A stretch of DNA of 46,216 nucleotides from a virus (taxonomy: Duplodnaviria > Caudoviricetes). The stretch covers positions 1 to 46,216 of the IMG/VR virus record IMGVR_UViG_3300032212_000027, one strand, 5' to 3'. The notes below the pieces were generated by a model. That model searched no databases. It worked only from the letters and a program-made list of their open reading frames with translations, and was not told the origin of the DNA. This document shows, piece after piece, positions 14,727 through 24,876 of the stretch. Both the position numbers and the translations under genes were made by a program. How positions within the stretch are numbered: the stretch's first letter is position 1; each line of letters opens with the position of its first letter.

Positions 14727-17700
14727 TTAGTTATTAGAAGAACCCTCCATTGGAAGAGGCTCGGGCCTCCGCCGTCTGGGCGGGGTAGGTCGGTCATCTG
14801 AATTTGGGACAGCCTCTTGAAGGGCGTTCCCAAGGATGATTAGAGAGGTGTAGTTAGGGCCTATGCGCATGGTGTCGCGCACAGCATCCCCATTGTCCCC
14901 CTGAGCTATCTCATTGAACGGCTGTAGAGGGGCAGTAAGAGTGTTCCAAGCCGGAGCTGACTCCAGGCCGATCCACCCGCTCTGCATACCTGAGTTACGG
15001 TAGTCGAAGAACCTCTGGCCGATGGCTTGGTGGGTTATGGTGTCAACAGCATCTGGCAGTAGCCCAATATGTGAGCTGTAGCGCAGGGCTGACGCCATCA
15101 CTTTAGCAATCCTGTCTTCGCCAGGGGAACCTAGAGAGTACTCGAGGAACTCCTCGCGGCGCTCTTCGCCCATGCCAAGCGTCATCAGCTGATACTTGGA
15201 CATCTGCCCGATCCCTGAGAACAGGGTAGACATAAGGAACTCAGAGCCAGCCTGAGCATCTCGCATATTAGCGCCATACATCATCTGCTTAACATGAGAG
15301 TTCAAGACGAAGCTGCGGAACTGCAGAAGAGTGCGGACGATAGGACCAGCAAATTCAGCCCTGGAAGTACCTAGGTCACCCTCTTGGATGATCCTGCGGG
15401 ACTCCCGGTAAACCGCCGTGAGCATATGGTCTACAGCGGCCTGGTCTGAAGCGCCGTGGATATTGAGCGTCTCAAGGATACCAGCGTCGTTATAGACGGC
15501 TGCTTCATTGAGCATGTCGGTGATGCGGGCGGACCATTCATCATCGATGCCCATGCCTAAGAGACGACCAGCATTCTGGTTGATGCCCCAAACGTGGGTA
15601 TTCAGAGCCTGTCCAGCTTTGGCGTTCCTTGCGAACTGGGCAATAAGAGCCGTGGCTGTAGCCATCTGGGAGAAATCAGTGATCGGCTGCAGGCCCCCTA
15701 AAAGAGAGGTTGCTCTGGCACCCAGCTCACCAATACGCGCAGCGAGGCCAGCCTTGGCTCTCCAGCCTTGTTCAGGAGGAGCACCACCGACAGCAGTTTG
15801 AGTACCTGAAGAACCTGGGGTGTTATCCCTGGCACCGTAGGCGTTCTCTGAGTCTAGCTGGCGGGACATAGTGCGCATACGCGCTTGGATGTGCATGTCG
15901 CCTAAGGCCAGTGTATCTGAAAGGACACCCACCAAGTTGTCGTGGGAGACAGAGGCCCCTGGCTTGTAGTTGCTGAACACATGGCGAAGCGCTCTAGGAG
16001 CCTGAGCCAGGAACGCTCTGAAGCCTAAGGCTCCAACAGCTGTGCCTATCTCAGACATCTGGGAGTACCCTACTTGCCCCATAAGACGAGCAAAAGAGAC
16101 ATCGCGGAGGAACTTCATGAAGGCCTGAGTGTCCTCAGATAGATGAGGGTTGTCTGCAAGAGACCCGTGGCCCAGCAGGTAGTCAGCATAAGCCTTCATT
16201 CGGGCAATGTTAGACATCTCTATCTTTTGTGCCCCGCCCTCTAGGACCAGGGCTTCTTCAGTTGCTTCAGCCAGGAGCTTTTCGATATCTGAGGTAGACT
16301 TGATTTTACCTCCTGTGGCCTTGGAGAAGCCCACTCGACCCCCGATCTGACGGGAGTACATAGTGTTGATAGAGAGCAAGTCGTTGTTAAACAGATCGTC
16401 CAGGCGGAAGGTCCTTCCATTAAGGCGGACCTCAGTGGACTCATCTATGTCTAGGCGGCTTTCACCCCTAGGACCGTCTTCAGCTCTCTTTTTGCCGCCT
16501 TGAAGGCCAAGCACAGAGTTTACTGCATCGAGGGTATCGTCGTCTACGTCGCCCAGGAGGCCACGGAGCTTCGCTCGGACAGCCTCAGGAGACATGTTTC
16601 CCATGCGGGAAAGCGTCTCGTTGTTGATGTCGTTGCGGGTGATGACTTTGATCACATGACGAGCAATGCTGTCAGCGGTCTCTAGGTCCACCCCCCTGAT
16701 AGAGCGGGCGATGACTGTGGCAAGCACATCTTCACCGGCCTGCCGACCAAGGTTAGCGTCGTCCATCAGCTCCAGAAACGCCTCGCGCCTCCAGAACCTG
16801 GGGACGTAGTTGTCGTTGGGTTCTACGCCGTCTAGGATGCCGTGTGCCTGAGCCTCGGAGAGCTGGTCCCGCATGGACGCTCTAAAGGCGTCTCGTGCTT
16901 GGGCTATCTCAGGCGTCACGTTGACGCTCGGGTCTCCCCGAACAGCCCTGGCAACGTCTCTGGAGAAGTTGTTGTAATGCTCAGCCTGTATAGCATCAGC
17001 AGCCATGCCGATGTTGTTGTTTGACTTGTGGACGTCAAAGGCCCCTGCCATCGCTCTGGCAAAACGAGCACCGAACACTCGTTCGTGTCGGCCAGCTAGA
17101 AGCTCGACCGTGTGGTGCTGAGCGCGGCCTGCAGTGGCAGAGGAGGCTGCGCCATCTTCAAAGATAGCGTTGCCTAGAGCGCGAATGGTCCCTGAGCGAG
17201 ACCTGTTGAACATCGCGTAGGCGTCGAAGCGGGCCAGGTTGCCGAAGTTAGAACCTTGTCCAGGATCAAACTCCTCGACGAACGGGTTAGTGACCACATC
17301 ACCTTCTGAGTTGTAAGGACCCTCAGGGTTACGGTTGGCACCCACGCTGCTTCCCCCAAAGGGGTCCCAGTTAGCGTCAGTAGCAGCGATATCATCAACT
17401 GCTGAGGCTTCCATTCTGGCAACCAGCTCGGACTCTACCTCAGCGCCTGCTCGGGTGTATATACTCCGACGGGCTGAGCTGTATCCAAGGTGCCCGAAGA
17501 CACCTGCAGTAGCCAAGACGCCAAGCCCGGCGATCACCATGTCATCCGAGTGCGCCGTGGGCGACTGGGAGATGTGGTAGTACTCCAGGGAACCATCAGC
17601 GGCTGCGGCGGCTATGGTGTTTCGCATAGCGTGGTCAGCTCTGCTCAAGGTTGGAACAGCTACAGCTGCCTGCACAGCGTCATCCGACATAGCTGTACTG

Positions 17701-18281
17701 TTCGCAAGGACCGTACGGAAGCGCATTGCCTGCCGGGCGGTAGTACCAGCCATGGCAGCTTTGGAGGCTATGGAGCCTGCGACCCAGGAGGCAGGATCAA
17801 AAAGGCTGATACCGAGGCGAGCACCAAAGGCTGCCCCGGTGTTTCCGTCGAAGTACCTGGAGATAGTTCTCTCGTTATCCAGCTCCTGCTGCATCCTAGA
17901 GGCCACACGCCTTGCGTGAGCCTGAGAGGCTGTCTCGCGGAGACGGCGGACGAACATCTCGCTCACCGGGATGTTGTACTCAGTGAGAAGAGACTGGATG
18001 TTGCTGTCCTCGGAGGAGTCCCAGTCTTCGTCTATCTCGCCTGGGTCTGTGAGGCCCCTGAGGCCCCTCCAGATAGCGGAGGTAACCCAGTCGTTATCTG
18101 AGACAGCCCCGCCTATATCGAAGACGTTCGGGCGGTCAAACTGGTATTCCGCTTGGAAACGCTGGTCCTCGTAAGGTCGGTCAGCTTCTGTGTAAACCGC
18201 AACATCATCCATGGATGGAAGAGGAGTATCCCCTGCTACTTCGTAATCGGAAGAAGAGGACAGGATGTCTAATTCATCCAT
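14727..18281 (-). CDS. Internal virion protein (gp16-like)
   Basis: Size and synteny; NYVPR and LLQFRSF motifs seen in T7-like ejection proteins. Confidence 0.8.
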   Translation of the reverse strand: MDELDILSSSSDYEVAGDTPLPSMDDVAVYTEADRPYEDQRFQAEYQFDRPNVFDIGGAVSDNDWVTSAIWRGLRGLTDPGEIDEDWDSSEDSNIQSLLTEYNIPVSEMFVRRLRETASQAHARRVASRMQQELDNERTISRYFDGNTGAAFGARLGISLFDPASWVAGSIASKAAMAGTTARQAMRFRTVLANSTAMSDDAVQAAVAVPTLSRADHAMRNTIAAAAADGSLEYYHISQSPTAHSDDMVIAGLGVLATAGVFGHLGYSSARRSIYTRAGAEVESELVARMEASAVDDIAATDANWDPFGGSSVGANRNPEGPYNSEGDVVTNPFVEEFDPGQGSNFGNLARFDAYAMFNRSRSGTIRALGNAIFEDGAASSATAGRAQHHTVELLAGRHERVFGARFARAMAGAFDVHKSNNNIGMAADAIQAEHYNNFSRDVARAVRGDPSVNVTPEIAQARDAFRASMRDQLSEAQAHGILDGVEPNDNYVPRFWRREAFLELMDDANLGRQAGEDVLATVIARSIRGVDLETADSIARHVIKVITRNDINNETLSRMGNMSPEAVRAKLRGLLGDVDDDTLDAVNSVLGLQGGKKRAEDGPRGESRLDIDESTEVRLNGRTFRLDDLFNNDLLSINTMYSRQIGGRVGFSKATGGKIKSTSDIEKLLAEATEEALVLEGGAQKIEMSNIARMKAYADYLLGHGSLADNPHLSEDTQAFMKFLRDVSFARLMGQVGYSQMSEIGTAVGALGFRAFLAQAPRALRHVFSNYKPGASVSHDNLVGVLSDTLALGDMHIQARMRTMSRQLDSENAYGARDNTPGSSGTQTAVGGAPPEQGWRAKAGLAARIGELGARATSLLGGLQPITDFSQMATATALIAQFARNAKAGQALNTHVWGINQNAGRLLGMGIDDEWSARITDMLNEAAVYNDAGILETLNIHGASDQAAVDHMLTAVYRESRRIIQEGDLGTSRAEFAGPIVRTLLQFRSFVLNSHVKQMMYGANMRDAQAGSEFLMSTLFSGIGQMSKYQLMTLGMGEERREEFLEYSLGSPGEDRIAKVMASALRYSSHIGLLPDAVDTITHQAIGQRFFDYRNSGMQSGWIGLESAPAWNTLTAPLQPFNEIAQGDNGDAVRDTMRIGPNYTSLIILGNALQEAVPNSDDRPTPPRRRRPEPLPMEGSSNN

Positions 18282-18299
18282 GTGTGAGTTCCTTTAAGG

Positions 18300-20606
18300 T
18301 TATTGTCCGTTGTCTATGAACATCGGGCGGTATCTGCGGTCCATGATGGAATCGAGGGCAAGGTAGGAAGGAGGGACGTATTCGGCGTCTCGAGTGTTAT
18401 CGAAGGCCGCTTGGTCCTGCCGGTTTTGAAGGTCAGCCTGGTCATCCCGCCAAGTGGAATACAAACCGTTCAGTTCCTCGGTAGACAGATACGCTGAAGC
18501 ACCGTCTAGATCGAACCTGATCCCGCCAGGGACATTCTGTATATCTACATGACCAAGGAATATGTCTCTAAGTTCTGGATCGTGGGGATTCCAGGTCCCA
18601 GACCTACCAGTAACGGAGTTCCACCACGAAGCGCCGTGGGCGTACTCTAGCTGCCCAGCAAGGGTATGTAGGGCAACCCTCTCGGACATATGGGTCAAGA
18701 AGCTGCCGCCCTCGAACCCTGAGATGTTTCCTACAGGTCTAATAGGCTGTCGGTTAACCACCATCGAGCGCTCTGCGACGTTTTCCAGGTAGTCATCAGC
18801 CGCGCCTCTTCCGGCTACTTCTTCTATACCAGCCGCAATTCTGGCAATTTCTGCGGCATACCTTCGGGCGCTTCCGTCCTCGTCGTCAGCATCTAGGTTC
18901 CGTCCCCGCTCCAGCGCTGGGCCAACTATAGGCTCACCCGTGAAGAGGTTTCGGAAATAGACAGCGCCGTCAGTGTCTGAAGAAAAGAAGCCTGCCCCGC
19001 CTCCGCCAAACGAAGCATCGTCTAGGGTGTCTAGTGTCCTACGGGTCCAGCGACGTTGATCGCCTTCTTCGACCTCAGCACTCGATATACGCCGAGCCAG
19101 GCCTAGGGCTTGAGCACCTGTGTATTCCCCAGTGCTCATTAAGTATCTAGCAGTATTGACTGCAGCTTGGTCTTCTTCGTCCTGGAGATAGGTGGAGGTA
19201 GAGCTTGCGTTCATGTTTAGAACGGTGTCCACAATGGCCTGCTGGCCTTCGGTAAGGTTATCCGCTTCCAGTCTATCAATCGAGATGGAGTTTATAGACG
19301 CATCGGCATAATTCCGAAGCGCAGGGAAGACCATGCCTGTCTGCTCAGAGACGTTTGAAAGGCCCACCAGAGCGTCAACGGTCTGTCCGCCTGCGTTCCT
19401 AAAGTAGGCCGCTTGATAAGCGATAGCTACTTGGTCAGGAGACATATAAACAGGTCTGCCATTGGCGTCTGAATAGGTGGCTCCACCAGATGCTGTGTTG
19501 TTGGTTATAGCATCTACAGCCGCCCGTTCCATGCTTGCTTGGTTCACAGCGGCCCTGCGCTCTGCGCGGCTTGCTTGGGTGCCTCTGGTGCGCCCTCGGT
19601 GGATAGCTTGGTCCACACGCAGGGCACGTTCGGGATCAATCCGCTCTGCTTCTAGGGCAGCATCGAGGGCATGCTGGGCTTGGCTCCAGTTGCCTTGCTG
19701 CATCAGCTCCTGGATACCCGAGAAGATAGAGGTCTGATCTCGGTAACCGTCCTCTGTGATGGCAGTGGTGGTTGCGTCTACCAGGTCTTCAAGATAATCA
19801 GCCGTGGAGGCTGACCGGATGAACCCCTGGGGGATGTTCTCAAGGACCGATACATCACCGCTTTCCCTGGCAATGCGGGCGAACTGAGTAAATATCTCGG
19901 TGCGAACTGCATCTGGGTCAAGGCCTTGGGCAACAGCCGTGGAGAGGATGTTAGAAGCTGCCTCGTAAGTCGGGGCCGGGGCTTCAGGGTCGAAGGCTTC
20001 TCCCAGAGAGTAAATGTCTGAGTTGATCCCCTCCAGCTGCCCTTGGACAGCCTCTCGGTTCAACTGAGCGACAAACTCTTCTTGGTCCCGTTGGCGCACT
20101 TGGGAGATAATACCTGAGTATTCTCCAAGCTCAGCAGGAGACATAGCTCCTGGGTCGTACCCCAGGGTCTCCTGGGCAGCCGCAAGGCCTTCTTCTAGCC
20201 ACTCAGCGTGGTTCTCTTCTGAGTTCAGCCCTGGACGAGGGTTATCGATCTGCCACTCGGAGAAAGCAGCCCAGACCTCACGGCCACGTCTGCGTCCTTG
20301 TCCCATCTCAACACCGGCCATGTAGTACCGGGACTCGATAGGCTCTAGCTCTCCGTTGCGGATACGTTGACCGTCCTGGACCAGACCGGCTGCGTATTCT
20401 CGCAGGCCTTGGTCACGCTCTTTGAGTGCGTCTTGCTGTTCTTTCTCGCCGGTATACGCAGCTCCCATGCCAGCAATGTCGGCAAGGTTCCGGAAATCAT
20501 CGGCTTTGGAAGTATCAGCTACTGTGGGGGCAAAGACGCTAAACACCTGGGCACGAGACTGCGCAGGACCAAACCTGGCCTGCTCTTTAGTTGGGGTGCG
20601 TTCCAT
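18300..20606 (-). CDS. Internal virion protein (gp15-like)
   Basis: Synteny and size; helical Ala/Glu-rich sequence. Confidence 0.75.
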   Translation of the reverse strand: MERTPTKEQARFGPAQSRAQVFSVFAPTVADTSKADDFRNLADIAGMGAAYTGEKEQQDALKERDQGLREYAAGLVQDGQRIRNGELEPIESRYYMAGVEMGQGRRRGREVWAAFSEWQIDNPRPGLNSEENHAEWLEEGLAAAQETLGYDPGAMSPAELGEYSGIISQVRQRDQEEFVAQLNREAVQGQLEGINSDIYSLGEAFDPEAPAPTYEAASNILSTAVAQGLDPDAVRTEIFTQFARIARESGDVSVLENIPQGFIRSASTADYLEDLVDATTTAITEDGYRDQTSIFSGIQELMQQGNWSQAQHALDAALEAERIDPERALRVDQAIHRGRTRGTQASRAERRAAVNQASMERAAVDAITNNTASGGATYSDANGRPVYMSPDQVAIAYQAAYFRNAGGQTVDALVGLSNVSEQTGMVFPALRNYADASINSISIDRLEADNLTEGQQAIVDTVLNMNASSTSTYLQDEEDQAAVNTARYLMSTGEYTGAQALGLARRISSAEVEEGDQRRWTRRTLDTLDDASFGGGGAGFFSSDTDGAVYFRNLFTGEPIVGPALERGRNLDADDEDGSARRYAAEIARIAAGIEEVAGRGAADDYLENVAERSMVVNRQPIRPVGNISGFEGGSFLTHMSERVALHTLAGQLEYAHGASWWNSVTGRSGTWNPHDPELRDIFLGHVDIQNVPGGIRFDLDGASAYLSTEELNGLYSTWRDDQADLQNRQDQAAFDNTRDAEYVPPSYLALDSIMDRRYRPMFIDNGQ

Positions 20607-20613
20607 GTGGGTG

Positions 20614-21141
20614 TTATCCTCCTCGCCCTGCAGCGATAGCGTTCAGCGAGTCGTTTTGGCTCTTGATGCCAAGGGCTGTGCTTGCAGCAATCTTGGCGAA
20701 ATCCAGGAGACCGAACTTGGCTGTAGGGGTTTGGTTAATACGTGATTGGGTCTGGGCCTCAATGCCCCTGCCTCGGGCCACCGTGGCCATCTTGTTGTTA
20801 GACCGCTGGTCGGCGATCCTGCTTTGGTTGGTTGCACCAGTACGCATCTCTTCGGCCACCAGGGCGTTCATGGTTGACCCCATGACACCCCCAGCTGCTG
20901 CTGAGTTTAGAGAGGAGGCGACACTCGCCCGTTCCGCCATCTTTGCGTCGTTGCCTGACTGGCGGGCTGCACGGTCGTTCTCGATGAACTGCCGTTGGTT
21001 CTGAGTGTACTGGAAGGCTGCGTCTAGGTTAGCGTTTCGGAAGTTTTTCCTTGCCGCACTGTTTACAGCGCGAGCATTGGCGATACCGCCAAGCACCTGG
21101 AAGGCTCCCTTGGCGATGGTTAGGGCAGCAAATGCGCTCAT
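20614..21141 (-). CDS. Internal virion protein (gp14-like)
   Basis: Ala/Gln-rich, AAAGGVMGST motif, synteny. Confidence 0.8.
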   Translation of the reverse strand: MSAFAALTIAKGAFQVLGGIANARAVNSAARKNFRNANLDAAFQYTQNQRQFIENDRAARQSGNDAKMAERASVASSLNSAAAGGVMGSTMNALVAEEMRTGATNQSRIADQRSNNKMATVARGRGIEAQTQSRINQTPTAKFGLLDFAKIAASTALGIKSQNDSLNAIAAGRGG

Positions 21142-21575
21142 GGTTTTGTAATCTCAAATTCTAGAAAGGCGGGGTCTTCGGTTTCTGTGAACTCAGCCCC
21201 CAACCGCCTCAGCCACTCAAGGTGGACCAGGTTTTCTTTGAAGACTGTATTTCGAAGCGTGTCGAAACGCTCGAACAGCGCATCCCTGAAAAGAATGGAT
21301 GCTTTGTGAAGGGCTAGAGGGTTCTCCACGAGACGGTCGGTGCCAACTGTCCATACTACACAGCTGCCGTCGTACTCATCGGAGAACCCCCAGATGCCTA
21401 CTGGTTCACCATCTAAGAACACAGTGCAGGACTCGTCGCTCAGCTCAACACTCCACATAAGCGCCTCCACAGGGTTTTCAAAGCCGCCTGCAAAGCATTC
21501 GTCTTGATCCGCCTGGCGGAGGTTACACCCTACCTGGAAGATGTGATGAGGTTCGCACTCGTCCAATGTGTACAT
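21138..21575 (-). CDS. gp13-like internal virion protein A (acetyltransferase-like fold)
   Basis: NLRQAD..EC...W.VGT...LRN.V...N..H..WL..LG.EF motif; synteny. Confidence 0.85.
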   Translation of the reverse strand: MYTLDECEPHHIFQVGCNLRQADQDECFAGGFENPVEALMWSVELSDESCTVFLDGEPVGIWGFSDEYDGSCVVWTVGTDRLVENPLALHKASILFRDALFERFDTLRNTVFKENLVHLEWLRRLGAEFTETEDPAFLEFEITKP

Positions 21576-21576
21576 G

Positions 21577-24204
21577 TTAGATGGCTCTCGTTTTGGGGTT
21601 GTATTGGCCATCCCACTCTGCCTGGCTAAAGCCGCAGGGGAAGATGGTGCTATTGATTATTCGGATGTTGACCGCATCGGCCTTGCCTTTACAGGAGAAC
21701 CTAAAGTTCCCTGCGCGGACTGGGGAGATATCGGTCTGACCCTCCTGGGACTGCAAGAACTGGGAGGTGTAGAAGTCGCTCGGCATTCCGGTAGTCCAGG
21801 TGGACCGGCCCTCAGGTGTGATCTGCACGTCGAAATAAGACGTGTCATCAAACCGGAGGTTCATGTACCGAAGGGAAAGCCTTCCGTTCTGTCGGACGAC
21901 TTCGCCGTTACCTGAGTTAACCCTCACAAACTGAGGAGAGAAGTCATAGATGAAGTCGTAGGTAAGCCCGAACATCACTGGGATTGCTGTGGTGTCTCCA
22001 TCAACAAAGATGGACGTGGAGGTTCTGCTGTCCTCGGTAAGGGTGCTACCTTCTACGTCATCTCCTGTTGTCTCCGTAACGACTAATACAGCCGCGTCAG
22101 CGACGTCCGTGCCGAAAGGCAGGGTGTATTCCGTTTTGCCTGTTCCACCGTCGTAGGTGGGGCTTAGAGACGCTCCTGGGACACGGAAATCCATATGGAA
22201 GAGGTACGATAGACCCTCGTCGTATCGACCTTCTTCGATGTTGCAGCTTACCAGCTGTATCTTGCCGTCAACGTCTTCTATGGCCATGTATAGAATATCG
22301 CCAAAGAAGTTGATGGACCGGATCGACACAGCGTTCTTGATCTTCCAGGTGGTCCAGCTCGAAAGAGCTTTCTCACCGCCTACCCAGTAGTAGCTGTTGA
22401 TGTAAAGCTCGCCTGTGTTGTCTTTAGGGAGCACAGCCACGAGGTTCTCGTTGAAAGCTGAGGCGATCTTCAAGATGTTCCGTGGGATGTACTTTGGTAC
22501 ACTGGCGGTAACAGCTACAGCGCTATCCTGGTCCGTGTTGGGGTTCCTGTAGTACTCCATCACTGAGGCGTACCTGCTGGAGGAGTTGTCCTCTACGAAG
22601 AAGACGTTTGAACCCACAGAGATAGGAGAGCACGTAGGGGAAGAGTTGAAAGTGGTAGTTGGAGCAATGGCCACGTTCTGAGGTGTGAGACTAGCCCCTG
22701 ACAAGATGCGGAACTGCTGGCTGTCAGCGAAGAGAACGAGAGTTTCATCGAAGGCAACCCCGTGCTTCAGGATAGACGTCCTAGAGGCTGTGGAAGCCAC
22801 ATCAATAGGATCAGTCTCCAAGAGCTGAGTAAGGGTAGACCTGTAGAAGTTCTCGTAGTTGCCTACCTCGGAGAATATCACGTTCTCGTCTGCTAGGAAG
22901 CAGAGCCTGCCCTTGAACAGGAACATGTCGTTCACTGTCCTGCCAATAAAGCTAGGCGCTGGGTTGGACTCTGTGTCTCCAGAGTTTCTTCCTGGCCAGG
23001 TGGTGTAGGAAAAGGTGAAGGTGTCGTTGACTGAGTCATAGACAAGTGTGATAGGCATGGAAGCAGGGTCAAGGAGGGTTTTCTCTCCGAACGCCACGGT
23101 TTCCTTCCAGAGTCCGTCGATGTACTCAACGAAGTAGTCATCCTGGCCGGTATCAACCGAGCCTGAGATGCGGACCACGCGGCCCTCTACTTCACTAGGC
23201 GGCAGATCATTGAACTGCTGTACAGAGTCAGAATAAGCTCTACTTGCTTGGTCTCCGAACTCATCAGTGACAACAACTTTTGCAATGTCCTTGTCAGCTG
23301 TGATGGTCACTGAGGACCCCAGGCGAACTGCTGTTAGATTGGCGTGTGCTCCAAGGGAGGAGGCCAAGCCAGCAGCGATGTCACCTGTGTTGATAGAAAC
23401 GGGGTCTCCGGCTCCATCAACAGCCTCAGGGGTCGAGTAGGACCCGAACGCGATGGTATCGTCAGCGAAGGTTACAGTGACGCCATACACGCAATCGTGG
23501 ACAGCCTGGCGGATGTAAACAGTTCCTCTGCGCACCGGGCTTACCCGTGTCACAGCGTTGTAAGGGATAAAGTAAGACCAGATATTCTGGGTTGGACCAG
23601 CTCCCCAGCCGTCATAGTTGGGGCGGAACACCTGGATCACGTAGTACGACTGGGTGTCAGTGACATACGCGGTGGTGCCGAAGTTCTGCGCTGAGGCAGC
23701 TGGGAGGTCACCATAGGTGGCTACGGTGATCGTGGTGGGCACTACTTCGTTGGGGTCTTCCTGCTCAGGCACTTCAACGGGGGTCACCGACCTGTTCAGG
23801 ATGAACGTGGTGTCGCCAATAGTGAGATACTTGAAACCTCGGGTGAGGTCTGATGGAAGGACGTTGAAGTAGTCAGCAACCGGGGTCATGTCCAGGGCGT
23901 ACTTAGTGCCGTCCTCGACGTCCACAACGGTGCTTCGGATGTTCCCCAGGCCGTCATCATCGATAAGAAGAGTGAAGCGCTTACCGTCAGCAGTCTCGAA
24001 TGCGTGAGAGGAGACACCTAAATCTGTGTCACTTGCTGTGTGGATTTCTGAAATCCAGTCAGTGGAGGGACGCTTGGTTAGCCCTGAGACCACCGAGTGA
24101 CGAGTATTAAGCTCGTACTGCGAGGCGTTCCTTGGGCGGGCGGCAGGTGCCTGCTGAGAGACACCCCCGAGCAAATTAGGGATAACTGAGGAAACTAGAG
24201 CCAT
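21577..24204 (-). CDS. Tail tubular protein B (gp12-like nozzle)
   Basis: IPNLLGGVSQQ...GLTKRP N-terminus; PSFIG, FKGRL.FL, DPIDV motifs. Confidence 0.95.
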   Translation of the reverse strand: MALVSSVIPNLLGGVSQQAPAARPRNASQYELNTRHSVVSGLTKRPSTDWISEIHTASDTDLGVSSHAFETADGKRFTLLIDDDGLGNIRSTVVDVEDGTKYALDMTPVADYFNVLPSDLTRGFKYLTIGDTTFILNRSVTPVEVPEQEDPNEVVPTTITVATYGDLPAASAQNFGTTAYVTDTQSYYVIQVFRPNYDGWGAGPTQNIWSYFIPYNAVTRVSPVRRGTVYIRQAVHDCVYGVTVTFADDTIAFGSYSTPEAVDGAGDPVSINTGDIAAGLASSLGAHANLTAVRLGSSVTITADKDIAKVVVTDEFGDQASRAYSDSVQQFNDLPPSEVEGRVVRISGSVDTGQDDYFVEYIDGLWKETVAFGEKTLLDPASMPITLVYDSVNDTFTFSYTTWPGRNSGDTESNPAPSFIGRTVNDMFLFKGRLCFLADENVIFSEVGNYENFYRSTLTQLLETDPIDVASTASRTSILKHGVAFDETLVLFADSQQFRILSGASLTPQNVAIAPTTTFNSSPTCSPISVGSNVFFVEDNSSSRYASVMEYYRNPNTDQDSAVAVTASVPKYIPRNILKIASAFNENLVAVLPKDNTGELYINSYYWVGGEKALSSWTTWKIKNAVSIRSINFFGDILYMAIEDVDGKIQLVSCNIEEGRYDEGLSYLFHMDFRVPGASLSPTYDGGTGKTEYTLPFGTDVADAAVLVVTETTGDDVEGSTLTEDSRTSTSIFVDGDTTAIPVMFGLTYDFIYDFSPQFVRVNSGNGEVVRQNGRLSLRYMNLRFDDTSYFDVQITPEGRSTWTTGMPSDFYTSQFLQSQEGQTDISPVRAGNFRFSCKGKADAVNIRIINSTIFPCGFSQAEWDGQYNPKTRAI

Positions 24205-24806
24205 TAGTAACTCCGAAAGCCAACAGGGAACCTGGCCAAGGCCTTGTGAGAAGAACCAGCCATGTTGTAATCGCCTGCGTCCAGCTCATCATCGAGCACT
24301 GTGGCACGGGCTTCGTACTCGTCGTCCGCTGAGAACTGGGAGATTGTCCCAGCACCCAAGTTGAACTCTTGGTACTGCCGGGCTGCTCGGATATAGATGT
24401 ACTGACGAGCGCACTCAGGAAGAGCGCTAAAGGCGAGAAGCTCAACCAGCTTGATCTCTAGCGTAGCCTCAGTGAAAACTGTGGTGTTCTTGAAGGGTCT
24501 CCGGTCGTATATCTTACCGTCCCGTTGGGTGACGTCGATGTAATACGAATCCCGTACAGTATCTATGCTGATAGTGTTGGTAGGGAGAATAAACTCGCCG
24601 CTCCCGTCCGCTGTTAAGCGCCGGATAGTTGTGTTCCAGTGCCAGCCCTTGGCTTGGACTTCTCTGGAGACTCGGTTAAGCGTGTTCTGGGCTGACGCAG
24701 CGTCGAGGGACAGGTCGTCAAGGCTCGAAACAGGTGCTTCCCCGATCTGCTCAAGGAGAGCGTTGGTTGCCTCAAGCTCCGTGGTAGGAATTAGGTTATC
24801 GTACAT
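24204..24806 (-). CDS. Tail tubular protein A (gp11-like)
   Basis: TELEA.N.LL..IGEAPV.SL...VQ.KGW.WN...LPE...YI..RAAR motif. Confidence 0.95.
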   Translation of the reverse strand: MYDNLIPTTELEATNALLEQIGEAPVSSLDDLSLDAASAQNTLNRVSREVQAKGWHWNTTIRRLTADGSGEFILPTNTISIDTVRDSYYIDVTQRDGKIYDRRPFKNTTVFTEATLEIKLVELLAFSALPECARQYIYIRAARQYQEFNLGAGTISQFSADDEYEARATVLDDELDAGDYNMAGSSHKALARFPVGFRSY

Positions 24807-24831
24807 TCAAGCCTCGGTGTAGGTAAAAACG

Positions 24832-24867
24832 AAAAAAACCCCCCTCGAACTTAATCAAGGGGGGTTC
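24832..24867 (-). terminator. Intrinsic terminator after the capsid gene (T-phi equivalent)
   Basis: Minus strand: C-rich/G-rich stem followed by a T7 run, immediately after the capsid stop. Confidence 0.9.
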
Positions 24868-24876
24868 AGGGTATGC

